Assembly: GCA_964016885.1 (NCBI GenBank)
Contig: OZ024744.1
Coordinates: 94,178,001 to 94,242,000, forward strand
Length of the DNA: 64,000 nucleotides
DNA from: Eledone cirrhosa
Taxonomy: Eukaryota
Reading direction: 5' to 3'
Position 1 is the stretch's first letter, and each line of letters starts with the position of its first letter. Of this stretch, positions 1 to 12,558 are shown one piece after another. The position numbers were made by a program, and so were the translations under genes. The notes under the pieces were generated by a model that was not told the DNA's origin, did no database searches, and saw only the letters and a list, made by a program, of their open reading frames with translations.

Positions 1-29
1 ACTACCACCAAACTTAAAACTTCTTACAT

Positions 30-250
30 AACATCAAAATTATGATGGATTGTTTTTACATAAATATAAACATTTTAAGATAAATAATTATTTTTATATT
101 GTGCGACTTCAGGCAGCTTGGTGTCAAAAATGTTAAATTACATAAAATCAAAATTTTGATGGAATTTTTTAAAGATAAACATAAACATTTCAAAATAAAT
201 AATTCTTTTTGTATTGAGGGACATCAGGCAGCTTGGTATCAAAAGTATTA
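30..250. repeat. Tandem duplication (~115 bp unit) of a TTAA-ended DNA-transposon-like terminus
   Basis: acatcaaaattatgatgga...caggcagcttggtgtcaaaaatgttaa is repeated twice; related sequence occurs at 24113-24530 and 34290-34500. Confidence 0.55.
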
Positions 251-264
251 AATTTTGCTAAACA

Positions 265-455
265 CAACATAATCTACAGCTTTAGATATCATGAGTGGAA
301 ACATATTAACTGTCTCTCTAAACAACTATGACAGTTGCCATGAAATGGAACTAACTACCTCATCTGGAGCTTTATAACCCAAAATCTGACCATACACAGT
401 GAGAAGTGGACCATGCAACTTGTGCATGGAGGAAGCATCAAAGAAAAACCAAGCA
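265..455 (+). pseudogene. Degenerate Penelope-like GIY-YIG endonuclease C-terminal fragment
   Basis: Manual translation across frameshifts gives SFRYHEWKH..LSKQL*QL..TNYLIWSFI..PY..SGPCNLCMEE, matching the Penelope LSKHIW...PY...CxLCxxEK pattern. Confidence 0.6.
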
Positions 456-1129
456 CTGAATATTCAAAACATACCTTACTCTGTAAAGTTATGTTGGTAC
501 CACAAAACATCAAGCCCACAACTATAAAGTGGTCATGTAGGTGTCATAACAAAAAGCACCTAGCCCACACTGTAAAGTGGTCATGTAGGTGTCACAACAA
601 AAAGCACCTAGCCCACACTGTAAGGAGACACAGTAAAAAGGCTCCCAGTCCACACAGTAAATGTGGTTTGTGTTAGGAAGGACATCCAGTCATAGAAAAC
701 CAGCCAGAAACAGTCCTATACGAGCGAGACACCATCACCCAACCCAGCTTACCTCAAATGGGACAAACCTGTTTAACCCATGCTAGCATAGAAGATAGAC
801 GTTAAACGATGATGATGATACTTCAATTTTAGATCTATACATGACATTGGGAGCTAAGAGTCGAGGGCAGCCAATTAATAACTAAGCAGCTAGAACAAAA
901 CAGCTGAGACCTGAATTTTTCATATTCTTTTCATATGTAAGAGGACGGCTATTGTGGTTGGTTGTCACTGGTCATTGTCTGCCGCAATGCCTTTGCCATT
1001 TTGACCACGAGGCAACGCAGATGAAACACCGCTCTGACTCAGATGTAGAGTCTGTCACCTTCTCCCCTTCACCCCCCTTCTTTCTTTGATTATTAATCCT
1101 TGCCCTTTCCTTCCTTTTCCTCTCATTAA

Positions 1130-1480
1130 CTCTTTAGCATTTAAACCGGCCATATCTGGGCCAGAATTCTCTCACATCTTTCTTTTCAAATGTAACCGGC
1201 CATTGAAACTGATATTAAGGTATTGTTCTCAAAATAAATAACATCAAAATCTCATAGATTTGATATTATGTGAGATAAAGTGTTTACCACAAAAATACAA
1301 TAGTTAATATAGAATAATTGTTTCTACTTTTGGCACAAGGCCAGCAATTAACCAGTGTATTATTGGTACTTTATTTTATCGACCCCATAAGGATGAAAGG
1401 CAAAGTTAACCTCGGCGGGATTTGAACTCAGAATGGCAAGGGCCGTAACTCTATGCAGCAAAAATGTAAATGCTAAAGGG
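1130..1480. mobile_element. piggyBac-type MITE with nested minus-strand SINE (~1313-1460)
   Basis: TTAA flanks and TIRs C(T/C)CTTTAGCATTTA...TAAATGCTAAAGGG; SINE body lies inside. Confidence 0.8.
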
Positions 1481-2246
1481 TTAATAGTATTTTGCAAATC
1501 TACTTTCTTTTTCTTTATGTTTGACTAAACTCACCAACTATATCTTTGGTTCCATGAACAAACTAGCAATTGCCCACATAAAATATTGTCCCAGGATTCT
1601 GCCTGGAGATGATATTGTTATTGCTGTTGATGTTCTTGTAGTTGTTATAGGTAATACCTGCTGTTGTTATTAAGGTTGTAGTTGCTGTTATTATTATTGA
1701 TATTGACATTCTAGAGTGGTAGTGCAAGTAACATGAAAAAAAAAATACACCCAATACACCCTGTAATGTGTTGGTTGTCATAATAAAATGCACCTCAGTA
1801 CATCATGTAAAATGTTGGTGTCACAATAAAATACACCCAGCACTCGTTGTAAAGTGTTTGTGTAAGCCATGAAAAAAATGCACACAGTTCACTCTGTAAA
1901 GTGGGGTAGTGCTTGTGTCATGATAAACACACCAGGTACACCGTGGAAGGTGGTTGGTAATTAGGAAAGGGTACCCAGCCATAAAACCCATGCCAAATAT
2001 GGAAAATAATAAACAAATATGGGTCACACAGTTCAGATTGGTCCCAGGCTGTGAAAATATGTTCAATCCATGCCAGTATGGAAAGCAAGTGCAAAACACT
2101 GATGATGATGACAATGATGATGCTTACCGTTGTTATTGAGATTACCATTATTGCTTGCTTTCCTTGATTTATACTAGTAACATCTGTTTTTGTTGTTATG
2201 AGGTTTATTATTGTTACTATTATTATTATTATTATTATTACTTTCA

Positions 2247-2873
2247 AGGGTGTTGGATTGGCAGTATCGGTAGAGGGTTGGACGCCATGCTTTCTAGCAT
2301 AGTTACGTCCCTTTACAGTCTGAGTTCAAATCCTGCCGAGGTTAACTTTGCCTTTCACCCTTACTGGGTCGATAAAATAAAGTACCAGTAATGTACTGGG
2401 TAATTGCTGGCCTTGTGCCTAAAGTAGAAACAATTATTACTGTCAAGGGTGTTGGATTGGCAGTATTGGTAGAGCGTCAGACACCATGCTTTGCAGCATA
2501 GAGTTATGTCCCTTGGCGTTCTGGGCTCAAATCCCGCCAAGGTTAACTTTGCCTTTCATCCATATGGGGTCGATAAAATAAAGTACCAGTAATGCACTAG
2601 AGTAATTGCTGGCCTTGTGCCAAACGTAGAAACAATTATCGTTATTTTCAATGTCAGGGCGGTGGATTGGTAATATTGGCAGAGTGTCAGACAACATGTA
2701 TCGTGGCATAAAGTTACGGCCCTTTATGTTCGGAGTTCAAATCTCGCCATTTGCTTTGCCCTTCATCCTTACGGGGTCGATAAAATAAAGTACCAGTAAT
2801 ACACTGGGGCCGATTTAATTGACCTTCCCCTTGCCCCAAAATCGTTGGCCTTGTGCCTAAATCAAACAATTAT
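2247..2873 (+). mobile_element. Three tandem copies of tRNA-derived SINE family A
   Basis: A-box-like tggcagtatcggtagag, B-box gagttcaaatcc, conserved core gcctttcatccttacggggtcgataaaataaagtaccag, AT-rich tail aaacaattatt. Confidence 0.85.
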
Positions 2874-3787
2874 TAATTTCAATGTCATTGACATTTTGGG
2901 GTTTGTGTTGGTGTCCTAATGAATATTCATCATCATCATCATTATCATCATCATTTAATGTCCACTTTCAATGCTAGCAAGAGTTGGATGGGTCTACATT
3001 GACCAAGTCAGTAGTGAAGCGGGATTACTGATGTCCAAGACAGTCCTTGTGCCAAATGTAAAAACAATTATTATTATTGAATTTGCATGAACAGGGAAAA
3101 TTCTATTTAAACATACCTGAAAGATTTAGACTTGTTTTTGTTTATGTAACTACAGATAATGCATAAATATAAATAAGTCAAATTTAATACATATATATTG
3201 TACATACGCACATGTATATATATATATATATATATATATCACCTTGACCACCTTGACCGACCAGTCTGTCGGGCGCCAATCGGCTTATGAAGGATGGCAG
3301 CTGCATAAAAAAGTGCAGAGTGTTCAAAGTCGTTGTGAAGCCTTCGAGTGGAGAGAAGACCTGGGATGGGGTGATAATAAAAGCCGACCTTGGCCAATTG
3401 CACTTCTCAGAGGAGATGACACATGACTGGGATTTCTGGTGATATGCAGTAATACAGAAAACCCGACTTCTCACGGATACAACCTGAAGCATATGTACAA
3501 TATGCACCGACCCCATACACCCCATCTCTCACGCCAGCCCGCCCACACTGTAAAGTGGATGTGTAAAAGACATGGTAAAAAGCACCCAGGCCACACTGTC
3601 AATGTGGTTGGCGTTAGGAAGGGCATCAAGCCATAGAAGACTATCCAGAAACAGTCCTATATGAGCGAGACACGGTCACTCGACACAACTTGTCTCAAAA
3701 TAGGACCCGTCTAACCCATGCTAGCATGGAGGATGGATGTTAATAGATGATGATGATGATATATATATATTTAGAGAGAGAGAGAGT

Positions 3788-3921
3788 TTAAGAAGAATTG
3801 AAGTCAGTGTTGTAACATATGTACAAACTTTATTGACATGTTACATTTGTTATCGAAACAATTGTAAAATGCCAATAAAGTTTGTACATATACTGCAGCA
3901 CTGACTTTGATTTCTTCTTAA
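3788..3921. repeat. Imperfect ~134-bp palindrome containing the 3' half of a hammerhead ribozyme
   Basis: ttaagaagaa..aagtcagtg..gtacaaactttattg mirrored by caataaagtttgtac..cactgactt..ttcttcttaa; right arm starts GAAAC-aatt-GTA. Confidence 0.75.
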
Positions 3922-4070
3922 TCAATTTACACTCTGTGTACTACAGTCACCTTAACCTTAACTCAACTCTGGAATACAATCCAAACATGATGAACCATAT
4001 AACAGCATTGAGTGCTTCAAACGTTATGCCACCTCTAACTGTAGTTACAAACTTAACACACACACACACA

Positions 4071-4106
<36 letters not shown>

Positions 4107-4309
4107 TGTGTGTGTATAATAGACATGGTAAAAAAGGCTCCCAGCCCACACTTTAAATGTGGTTGGTGTTAGGAAGCGCATTCAGCCATAGAAAACCTGC
4201 CAGACACAGTCCTATACAAGCAAGACACGGTCACCTGATCAATCTTGCCTCAAGTGGGACAATTCCTGTCTAACCCATGCTAGCGTGGAAGATAGACATT
4301 AAACGGTGA

Positions 4310-4344
<35 letters not shown>

Positions 4345-4516
4345 ATTTATGTTTGGCTGTTTACCAGTGAGTAGTATAGTGCTTTCGCAGAATTAATATT
4401 CTAAAGTAAATTTTCTAGTCCGGCCTTCTGTTGTTTTAATGTATATATAAAAATAAAATTAGAATTTTATTTCTCGCCATAGCACAGCTGATACATAAAT
4501 GTAAGTATGCACACGT

Positions 4517-4549
<33 letters not shown>

Positions 4550-4560
4550 CACAAACATAT

Positions 4561-4810
4561 ATACATATGTATGGGTTATATCAAACATTAATAATAATGT
4601 TCGATTCGTTTGTAAACAAACGGCTAGATATGAAGCTGTGGCGTGTTGGTGACCGATCGTCACCTGTTTGTTCAACACTGGCTTTGAGGAACAATCTGAA
4701 CAAACAAATGACAATCGGTCACCAGCACGGCACAGCTTCATATCTAGCCGTTTGTTTACAAACGAATCGAACATTATTATTAATGTTCAATATAACCCAT
4801 ACATATGTAT
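4561..4810. mobile_element. Fold-back MITE with ~110-bp TIRs inside a (TA)n tract
   Basis: atgggttatatcaaacattaataataatgttcgattcg... mirrored by ...cgaatcgaacattattattaatgttcaatataacccat. Confidence 0.8.
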
Positions 4811-4845
4811 ATGTATATATATGTGTGTGTATATATATGTATATA

Positions 4846-4893
<48 letters not shown>

Positions 4894-4907
4894 CATTCAT
4901 TTCATTT

Positions 4908-4940
<33 letters not shown>

Positions 4941-4945
<5 letters not shown>

Positions 4946-5814
4946 CCACTATTAGCTGCTAAAGGGTTCTCCCTAAAAATGAAAGGCAGGTTGTACGATG
5001 CCTGCATACGAACAGCAATGTTGCATGGCAGTGAGACCTGGGCATTGTGTGCAGAGGATATACGCAGACTAGAGAGGAACGAAGCTTGCATGCTCCGCTG
5101 GATGTGTAACAGTAATATACGTGAACGGCAAAGCATAAACGAACTAAGGAAAAAATTAGAGATAAGAGGGATCAGATGTTGTTTACTCGAGAGAAGGCTA
5201 CGTTGGTATGGACACGTGATGCGCATGAAAGTCGATAGCTGTATAACAAAGTGCAGGGCAATAAAGATAGACGGTAGCCACGGAATAGGCAGACCTAGAA
5301 AAACCTGGGACGAGCTGATAAACTCCGACCTCACACACTTACACCTCTCCAAGACAATGTCACTGGACCGAGACCTTTGGCGGTACTCAGTAACAGAGAA
5401 GACCCGCCTTACCTAAATATATAGTAAAACCTACTCCAGCCAGTAGGCATCTCTAACAAAATACACCCCGTCCCACCACCACCACCCCCACCCCATCCAC
5501 ACCACCCCGTTCTATGTGAAGTTATGTTGGTGCCGCGCCATCCAGGCCGAAACAAATGAGATCGTGTAGGTGTCACGACAAAAAAACACACAGTCCACGC
5601 TGTAATGTGGCCGTGTAGGCAACACGGTAAAAACCTCCCAGACCCACACTGTAAATGTGGTTGGTGTTAGGAAGGGCATCCAACTGTAGAAAACCTGCCA
5701 GACAGTCCTATGCGAGCAAGACAATCACTCTTGCCTCAAGTGGACTACCCCCGTCCAAACCCATGCAAGCGTGGAACACGGACGTTAAACGTTGATGATG
5801 ATGATGATGATGAT
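4941..5814 (+). mobile_element. 5'-truncated RTE-clade LINE (ORF2 C-terminus, 3' UTR, (GAT)n tail)
   Basis: KGRLYDACIRTAMLHGSETW, RRLRWYGHVMR and GRPRKTW motifs; near-identical to 14845-15926. Confidence 0.9.
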
Positions 5815-5854
5815 ATATATATATATATATATATACACACATGTATATATACAC

Positions 5855-5890
<36 letters not shown>

Positions 5891-6009
5891 GTGTACGCGT
5901 GCATACTTACATTTATGTATCTGCTGTGCTAGGGCAAGAAATAAAATTCTAATTTTATTTTTAATATTCGGCAAGGCCAGCCGTAACTCACCCGGTATGC
6001 GAATGAGGC

Positions 6010-6200
6010 TACTCAGCCGATATGTCTTCTGTATCACTGCGTAGTGCCAAAGGTCTCGATCCAGTGACATTATCATAGAGAGGTGTAAAGCATGCAAGAT
6101 GAGATTTTATCATGTTGTCCCAGGTTTTTGTGGATCTACCTACTCCGTAGCTTCCATCAATTTTGATTGCCCTGCACTTTTTTATACAGCTGTCGTATAT
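6010..6200 (-). mobile_element. RTE LINE 3' ORF2 fragment
   Basis: LHLSMIMSLDRDLWHYAVIQKT is homologous to the C-terminus of the 14437-15318 ORF. Confidence 0.7.
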
Positions 6201-6209
6201 GAATATATT

Positions 6210-6273
<64 letters not shown>

Positions 6274-6440
6274 GGAGGTGAGTTTTATTGTAGTACAATA
6301 AAGCAATGCAGATATCGGATAAGAAGCACTCTACAGTTTGTAGGACTGGAGTATAACTTTGAATAACTTTGAAATGTTTTGGCCAGTATTGGCCCAGGCC
6401 ATGTCTAACTTAATAGCACCACCATGTCTAACTTAATAGC

Positions 6441-6508
6441 AACACTTGTGGATAGTGCAGTTTTAAATCAACATATGTTGATTTAAAACTGCACTATCCA
6501 CAAGTGTT
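6441..6508. repeat. Perfect 68-bp palindrome
   Basis: aacacttgtggatagtgcagttttaaatcaacat|atgttgatttaaaactgcactatccacaagtgtt with no spacer; preceded by a short direct duplication of ccatgtctaacttaatagca. Confidence 0.95.
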
Positions 6509-6532
6509 TTTAACCTTCATATCATGTCCTCC

Positions 6533-6603
6533 TATTTTATCTGATGAAAACACAAATGTTATTGCATGATGATATTTGTTTTTGAAATGCGCATAATAAA
6601 ATA
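6533..6603 (+). ncRNA. Type I hammerhead ribozyme motif with minimal palindromic stem III (Penelope-LTR type)
   Basis: Stem I tattttat/ataaaata; CUGAUGA 6541-6547; ~16-bp stem II; GAAA 6584-6587; stem III atgcgcat; cleavage triplet AUA 6593-6595. Confidence 0.75.
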
Positions 6604-6933
6604 CATGGAACTCATTTAACCATCTTTTGATCTTATATATTATATATATATATATATATATACACATGTGTGCGTGTGCATACTTACATTAATATATATA
6701 AACACACACACATAAACAATCATATTTTTAGAAACATTGAGTGATTTATGAATTTTAGAAAATATGTCAGCTGAAAGTTAATAGCTTCGGCACAGGTTTT
6801 TGGCTATGAAAATAGTCTAACAAGTTGAGTATATAAAAGACCAGGGACAGAAAAAAGTGGAATATATATTTTGTGTGTGTGTGTGTGTGTAGTGGATAAA
6901 TGATATTCTTTTTGGGATGAATGATAAAAAGAA

Positions 6934-7113
6934 TAATTGTCTCTACTTTAGGCACAAGGCCAGCAATTACCCAGTGCATTACTGGTACTTTATTTTATCA
7001 ACCCCGTAAGGATGAAAGGCAAAGGCAACCTCGGCGGGATTTGAACTCAGATCGTAAAGGGGCGTAACTATGCTGGAAAGCATGGCGTCCGACCCTCTAC
7101 TGATACTGCTAAT
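6934..7113 (-). mobile_element. SINE family A copy
   Basis: Reverse complement of the family A consensus, including A and B boxes. Confidence 0.85.
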
Positions 7114-8535
7114 CAGAATTGTGATGTTAACAATGTTTATTTTATAATAACAATATTCACTTGTTGGTATATTGAACATCGAGTAATAATATTTATGACA
7201 GAAATTATCACTACATTATTTGCTAGCTAGCTACTTCGAGCTAGCGTGTATGCATGTATCAATACGAGGATACAATATGACAAGGAGACGGAAGAACAGA
7301 TTAAGTGTAGATGTAAACATGAAACTTACTATGTGTGTGTGCGTGTGTGTCTATTCTTAGTATACGTTATTCGTCTCAAGGACTGCTGCTTCATGGTCTC
7401 TTGTCTGTTGGCATAGTCCATGGCCAAGAAGGTGGGAGCCAGTGAGGCCAGTAGAGTGAATTGGCTACATCGTTATTCTCTCTCGGACTATTGCTTCGGT
7501 CTGGCTGTCTGGCTGTAGTCTGTGGCCAAGAAGGTGAAAGCCAGTAAGGCCAGGAGAAAGAGATAGAGTGAAAGGTCTGCTACATCATTAACCTTAAGAC
7601 GGACTGGCTGCTGGATTTCCCAACTCCTTGTATTTATAATAAGCCTATAATTAGAAGGATGTGTATATGGGGTTGATTTATGATCAGCCATGTGGATATC
7701 GTCTCTCAGGAAGCTGGGGGTCACCCGTCAAGTGGTATGTATGTTTATCATCCTGGTCTCTTGACAAGACAATGGTGGGAATCTCCCAAACATAGGTGGT
7801 TCTAGAGGCAAGAAACCTCAGATTCAGTTTCGAATCTTCGCCGGTAAAACATAGGAGTATTCCATTACATGTGTATCACCATCATCATCATCATCATCGT
7901 TTAACATTCAACTTCCACACTAGCATGGATTGGATGGATTTGTCCCACTTGAGACAAGATTGGTTGGGTGACCATGTCTCGCTCGTACAGAACTGTTTCT
8001 GTCAGGTTTTCTACGGCTGGATGCCCTTCCTAACACCAACCACATTTACAGTGTATACTGGGTGCTTACTGTGTCTCTTTCACGACCTCTTTACAGTGTG
8101 TACTGGGTGATTTTTGTCATGTCACCTACACGACCACTTTACAGTGGACAGAAGTGGGAGGATGTGTGTATATATATATTTATATGTGATTCGGTCACAC
8201 AGAACTGAAACCAAGCCAAATCAGTTCAGTGTGAGCGAATCACGGTCCCCCAATCTGATCCCTCACAAAGGGACAGCCTGTCCTACCCATATTAGCGTGG
8301 AAGATAGACGTTAAATGATGATGATGATGATGATGTGAGTTTAAAGAAACACCCGCATGTACATATACAGATTGTCCATGGAAATGCCTTTGTAGTTTTA
8401 TCTGTGGGGTGCAGCCTAAACATCGCCCCACCCCAAGCATAGAGCCTATCACCCTCTTCTCTTTCTCCTCCCTTTTTTCTGTGGCCTCATAGTCCTCAAT
8501 TTTTCCCTCCTTTTCTTCTCATTTATGGCATTTGA

Positions 8536-8754
8536 CCCTTTAGCATTCAAACCAGCTATATCCAGCCAGCATTTTCTCACCTCCATCTGTTCAAACCGGC
8601 CATAACCGACTGCTCATACTTATGTTAAGGTATTGTTCTCAAAATAAATAATATCAAAACCTGATAGATTCAATATTATATGAGATATTTGTGAGTTAAA
8701 GCCTTTACCGTAAAAATACAATAGTAAATATAAAGTAATGTAAATGCTAAAGGG
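8536..8754. mobile_element. piggyBac-type MITE
   Basis: CCCTTTAGCATT...AATGCTAAAGGG TIRs; TTGA/TTAA flanks. Confidence 0.8.
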
Positions 8755-9278
8755 TTAAAGCACTTTCTCCTACTTTCCTATACAATCAGATCAGCCCTTC
8801 TTTACCCTTTTCCCCATCTGTTCGCTGCTCGGCTTTGTTTTTATCCTTTTGTTTTCTTTTTTTCTTTTTATTTCATATTTCTATCAATATTTGTAATGTT
8901 ATTTATACAAACCTGTCAGAAGCAGGAAGAATACCAATTTATACAACACTATCACAATCACAATCAAAACCCTTGAATAAAACAATTTATTACAGAAGAC
9001 CAAACAACAATTAGTTAACAATAAATCTCAGGTCCCAAATAATAGGGAGGGAGGTGGGTTGAAATAAACAGGGGTTTGGGGTGGAATATTGGGAATTTTT
9101 CTAGGTTGTCTCCATTGATTTTTAAAAAAAAAAACAGAATTAGTCGGTTAGTTTACATATTGAGAGCCCAACCCATTCTGTTTATTTTATAACGTATAGA
9201 ATTTCTTGTAATGTTCTTTCTTTTTTTTTTTGTCATGTATAATGTTTTTTAATGTATAAAGAAAATTAATTGTTGCAG

Positions 9279-9440
9279 GAATGCTACGACTTAAAACACA
9301 ATTTTGCCGGAGATAGATTATCAAAATTTAAATATTGCAAAAACACAGCATTATCTCTATTTCGTGGCCATGGACCTCTTGACATAAATGTTAAACATGT
9401 TCACCAGTATACAAGAGATGAATGGCTCATTTTCTCACAG
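9279..9440 (+). CDS. Candidate internal coding exon (phase 0/0), unknown protein
   Basis: ttgcAG|GAA...CAG|GTatct; 162 nt open, encoding ECYDLKHNFAGDRLSKFKYCKNTALSLFRGHGPLDINVKHVHQYTRDEWLIFSQ; not repeated elsewhere in the window; minus frames are blocked. Confidence 0.4.
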
Positions 9441-9899
9441 GTATCTCAGTCCTTTTTTTTATAGGGTTGCAGATTGGCAGAATCAGAAGTGTTGAACAAA
9501 ATGCTTTGAAGAATTTAGTTAAGGCTCTTTACATTCTTAGTTCAAACCCCCAATGAGGTTAACTTTGCCTTTCATCTTTTAAGGGTTGATAAAATAATGT
9601 GCCAGCTAAATACTGGGATTTATATAATTGACTTTCCCCTACCTCAAAATTGTTGAAAGAAATTATTTCTACTTCATTACAACACCTATTATGAAAAGAT
9701 GAACAATAACCAATAATTCAAAATGATGAAGAAATTTGCCACCTTCATTTATCAGCTCCAAAAGGGTTTAATGGAAACAGAGTGTGATTATTTAACAAAG
9801 TTAACAAGTAAAACCAACAATTTCTAGAGACTGCCAAAAATCTATAAGAGCAAAACAATTAATGATACATAGCATGTAGAGAATCAATATCAATGTGTG

Positions 9900-11770
9900 T
9901 TAACACTGTACACCAGTATAAACACTAATTGTTACAAGGGAAAAGGTGATGCTCAAGAATGGAGCAACTACAGAGGAATAATACTGACAAATCAAGTTAT
10001 GATAGTGACAGAAGGGTTTTAGCACAACTAATTACAGGAGAGAGAGTTAAATTAGATAGGATGCATTTTAGTTTTGTACCAAGAAAGAGCACCAGAGATG
10101 TCCTCTTTGAGACGACTACAAGAGAAGTTCCTTGTTAAGTGTAAACTGCTATATCTAACATTTGTCGATCTGGAGAAAGGAAACTGGAAATGAGACAGGA
10201 CTCTGGTCACATCAGAGAAGTGATCGTGTTTGATACGTAGGAAAGAAGTAGATGGGAAATCCTATACAATGAAAAAATGTAAAACATGTACTCAAGAGAT
10301 GTAGTGGGAATTGTAGGTAAACTAACAGAAAACTTTGTATGTGAGAGATGCACAGTGGTATTTAGTAATAAAAGCCCCAATGAAATAAACTTTTTCCGAT
10401 CCTGGAAAGGTTACATAGTTGATAGCTTCTGTTACCTAGGTGACCTAATTAACAATGGAGGATGCTGCTCAAAAAGCATAGTATTTACAATAATAACAAG
10501 ATAGAAAAAGTTTACGGAGCTACTACCTCTGTAGACAACAAAGAGTTTCTCTCTATGTCTCTATGAACAAAAGGGTAGCTGTATGAGGATATGTGAAGGC
10601 TGGAGAGAAAAGAAGCAAACATATTTCAATGGATGTGAGACATTACTGAGTGTAAACAGCAAAGCATGAATGAGATGAAAGAGAAACTGGTGGATATAGA
10701 AGGAATCAGATGTGGTATACAAGAAAATAATCTATGTTGGTATGGATGTGTAGAGATGATGATTGTTGGGTAAGAGAGTACCAGCAGTTCCCAGTGGAAT
10801 AAAGCTGCAGTAGAGAAAGATAAACAAAAACCTAAACAAAAGTGTTGAGAACGTATTTCAAAATGTTGAACCTCACAAAAGACCGATGAGTGGAGGGATG
10901 CTGTGCTGCCAAATACCCATCGAACACATGCAAACATGGAAAAATAGATGTAAAAGGGTGATTATATATATTAGAGAAAGAGTCAAATTAGATGAGATGC
11001 AGTTTGGTTTTGTGCCAGGGAAAAGTACAACAGATGACCTCTCCTTAGTGAGACAACCACAAGAGAGGTTCTTCGAGAAGAATAAGCCACTATATTTAGC
11101 TTTTGTTGACCTAGAGAAGGCCTTTGATAGAGTACCCAGATCTGTCATCTGGTGGTCCCGAAGGAAACTAGGTGTAGAGGAATGGCTTGTGAGGTCAGTG
11201 CAAGCTATGTACAGGGTTGCTGTCAGTAAAGTCAGGGTAGGAATGGAGTTTAGTGAGTAATTCCAGATACATGTAGGAGTACATCAGGGTTCGGTCCTCA
11301 GCCCGCTCTTGTTCATTATAGTCCTCCAAGCCATAACAGAAGAGTTTAAGACTGGCTGCTCATGGGAACTTCTCTATGCTGACGATCTGGTTCTTACAGT
11401 AGAATCAGTAGAGGAAACAGCAGTTGATATCAAGGAGACTGGGAGTGAACCTAGCAAAAATTAAAGTATTGATAAGTAGGAAAGAGGACAAGACTCTGAT
11501 TCGATCAGGGAAATGGCCATGGTTGATTCATAGAAAAGGAGTTGGCATAAACTTTAAAGAATGTACACAATGCAGATCTTGGGTACACAAGAGGTGTTCA
11601 GGGATAGCAGGCAAAGTAACAGGAAAGGAAAACTTTATATGTTGTAGATGTTCACAGAGAAAATTGATAGTAGAAGTGAGTGATAGGCACATTTTTCAAA
11701 TTCAGGTAGGATCTATAGAGGTGGTTGATAGCTTCTGATATCTAGGTGATCAAATTAGCAAGGAAGGAGG
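9900..11770 (+). mobile_element. Two degraded RTE LINE ORF2 fragments (about 9900-10930 and 10940-11770)
   Basis: QFGFVPGKSTTD, LAFVDLEKAFDRVP, YADD and remnants of the Cys/His finger; multiple stops and frameshifts. Confidence 0.85.
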
Positions 11771-11874
11771 ATATATATATATATATACATATATATATCA
11801 GAGAGGGTGTGGTAAGATACCAGGTGGACCATAACCCACCAGAGTACTCGATACTTGGGGTAGTACAGTGGGTA

Positions 11875-11999
11875 ATATGAAAAGATTCAGGACCCCGACG
11901 GCTGAGCTCTGGCCGTTTCGACAGCTAGATCCGAACTGTTCGGATCTAGCTGTCGAAATGGCTGGAGCTCAGTCGTCGAGGTCCTGAATCTTTTCATAT
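11875..11999. repeat. 125-bp near-perfect palindrome; each arm carries GAAA-stem III-GUC (hammerhead 3' half)
   Basis: Centre at 11937 (gaac-t-gttc); minus strand of the left arm reads GAAACggc..gccGTC and the right arm reads GAAAtggctg..cagtcGTC. Confidence 0.8.
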
Positions 12000-12000
12000 A

Positions 12001-12168
12001 CCGTATTTCCCGGTGCCGAAGACATTTCGTCCTCAAGGACGCACCCTAATTTTGACAACCAAAAATTTGAAAAAAAATAATAAACAAGCTTCGGCCTCCA
12101 GGACGCATGGTAGATTTTTGTGACTTATTTTTGGAAAAAGGTAGCGTCTTCAGTGCCGGGATTTACGG
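12001..12168. mobile_element. Tc1/pogo-type MITE
   Basis: TA|CCGTATTTCCCGG...CCGGGATTTACGG|TA imperfect TIRs with TA TSD. Confidence 0.75.
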
Positions 12169-12501
12169 TATATATATATATATATATATATCTATATATA
12201 TATATATCTATATATATATATATCTATATATATATATATATATATCTATATATATATCATCATTTTACATCCGCTTTTCCCTGGTTGCAAGGGTGGGATG
12301 GGTCTTATTAAGCACGGTATCTCTCCATTCGTCACAGTCCTTCGTCATCTTCTCCGTGAGCTTCAGCGATCTGAGGTCTGCTCTCACCACCTCCACCCAT
12401 GTTTTTCGTGATCTAACTCAACTGCGTCTTCCTTCCACTGAGATTTCTTGGCACTTCTTAACCCAGCGGTCATCTATGTATGTTTTCTTCTCATGTTTTT
12501 T

Positions 12502-12552
<51 letters not shown>

Positions 12553-12558
12553 GTGTGT

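Noticed and set aside
7160-7795. Solo LTR
   Set aside because: TG..CA-like ends are present, but there is no matching TSD or second copy in the window.
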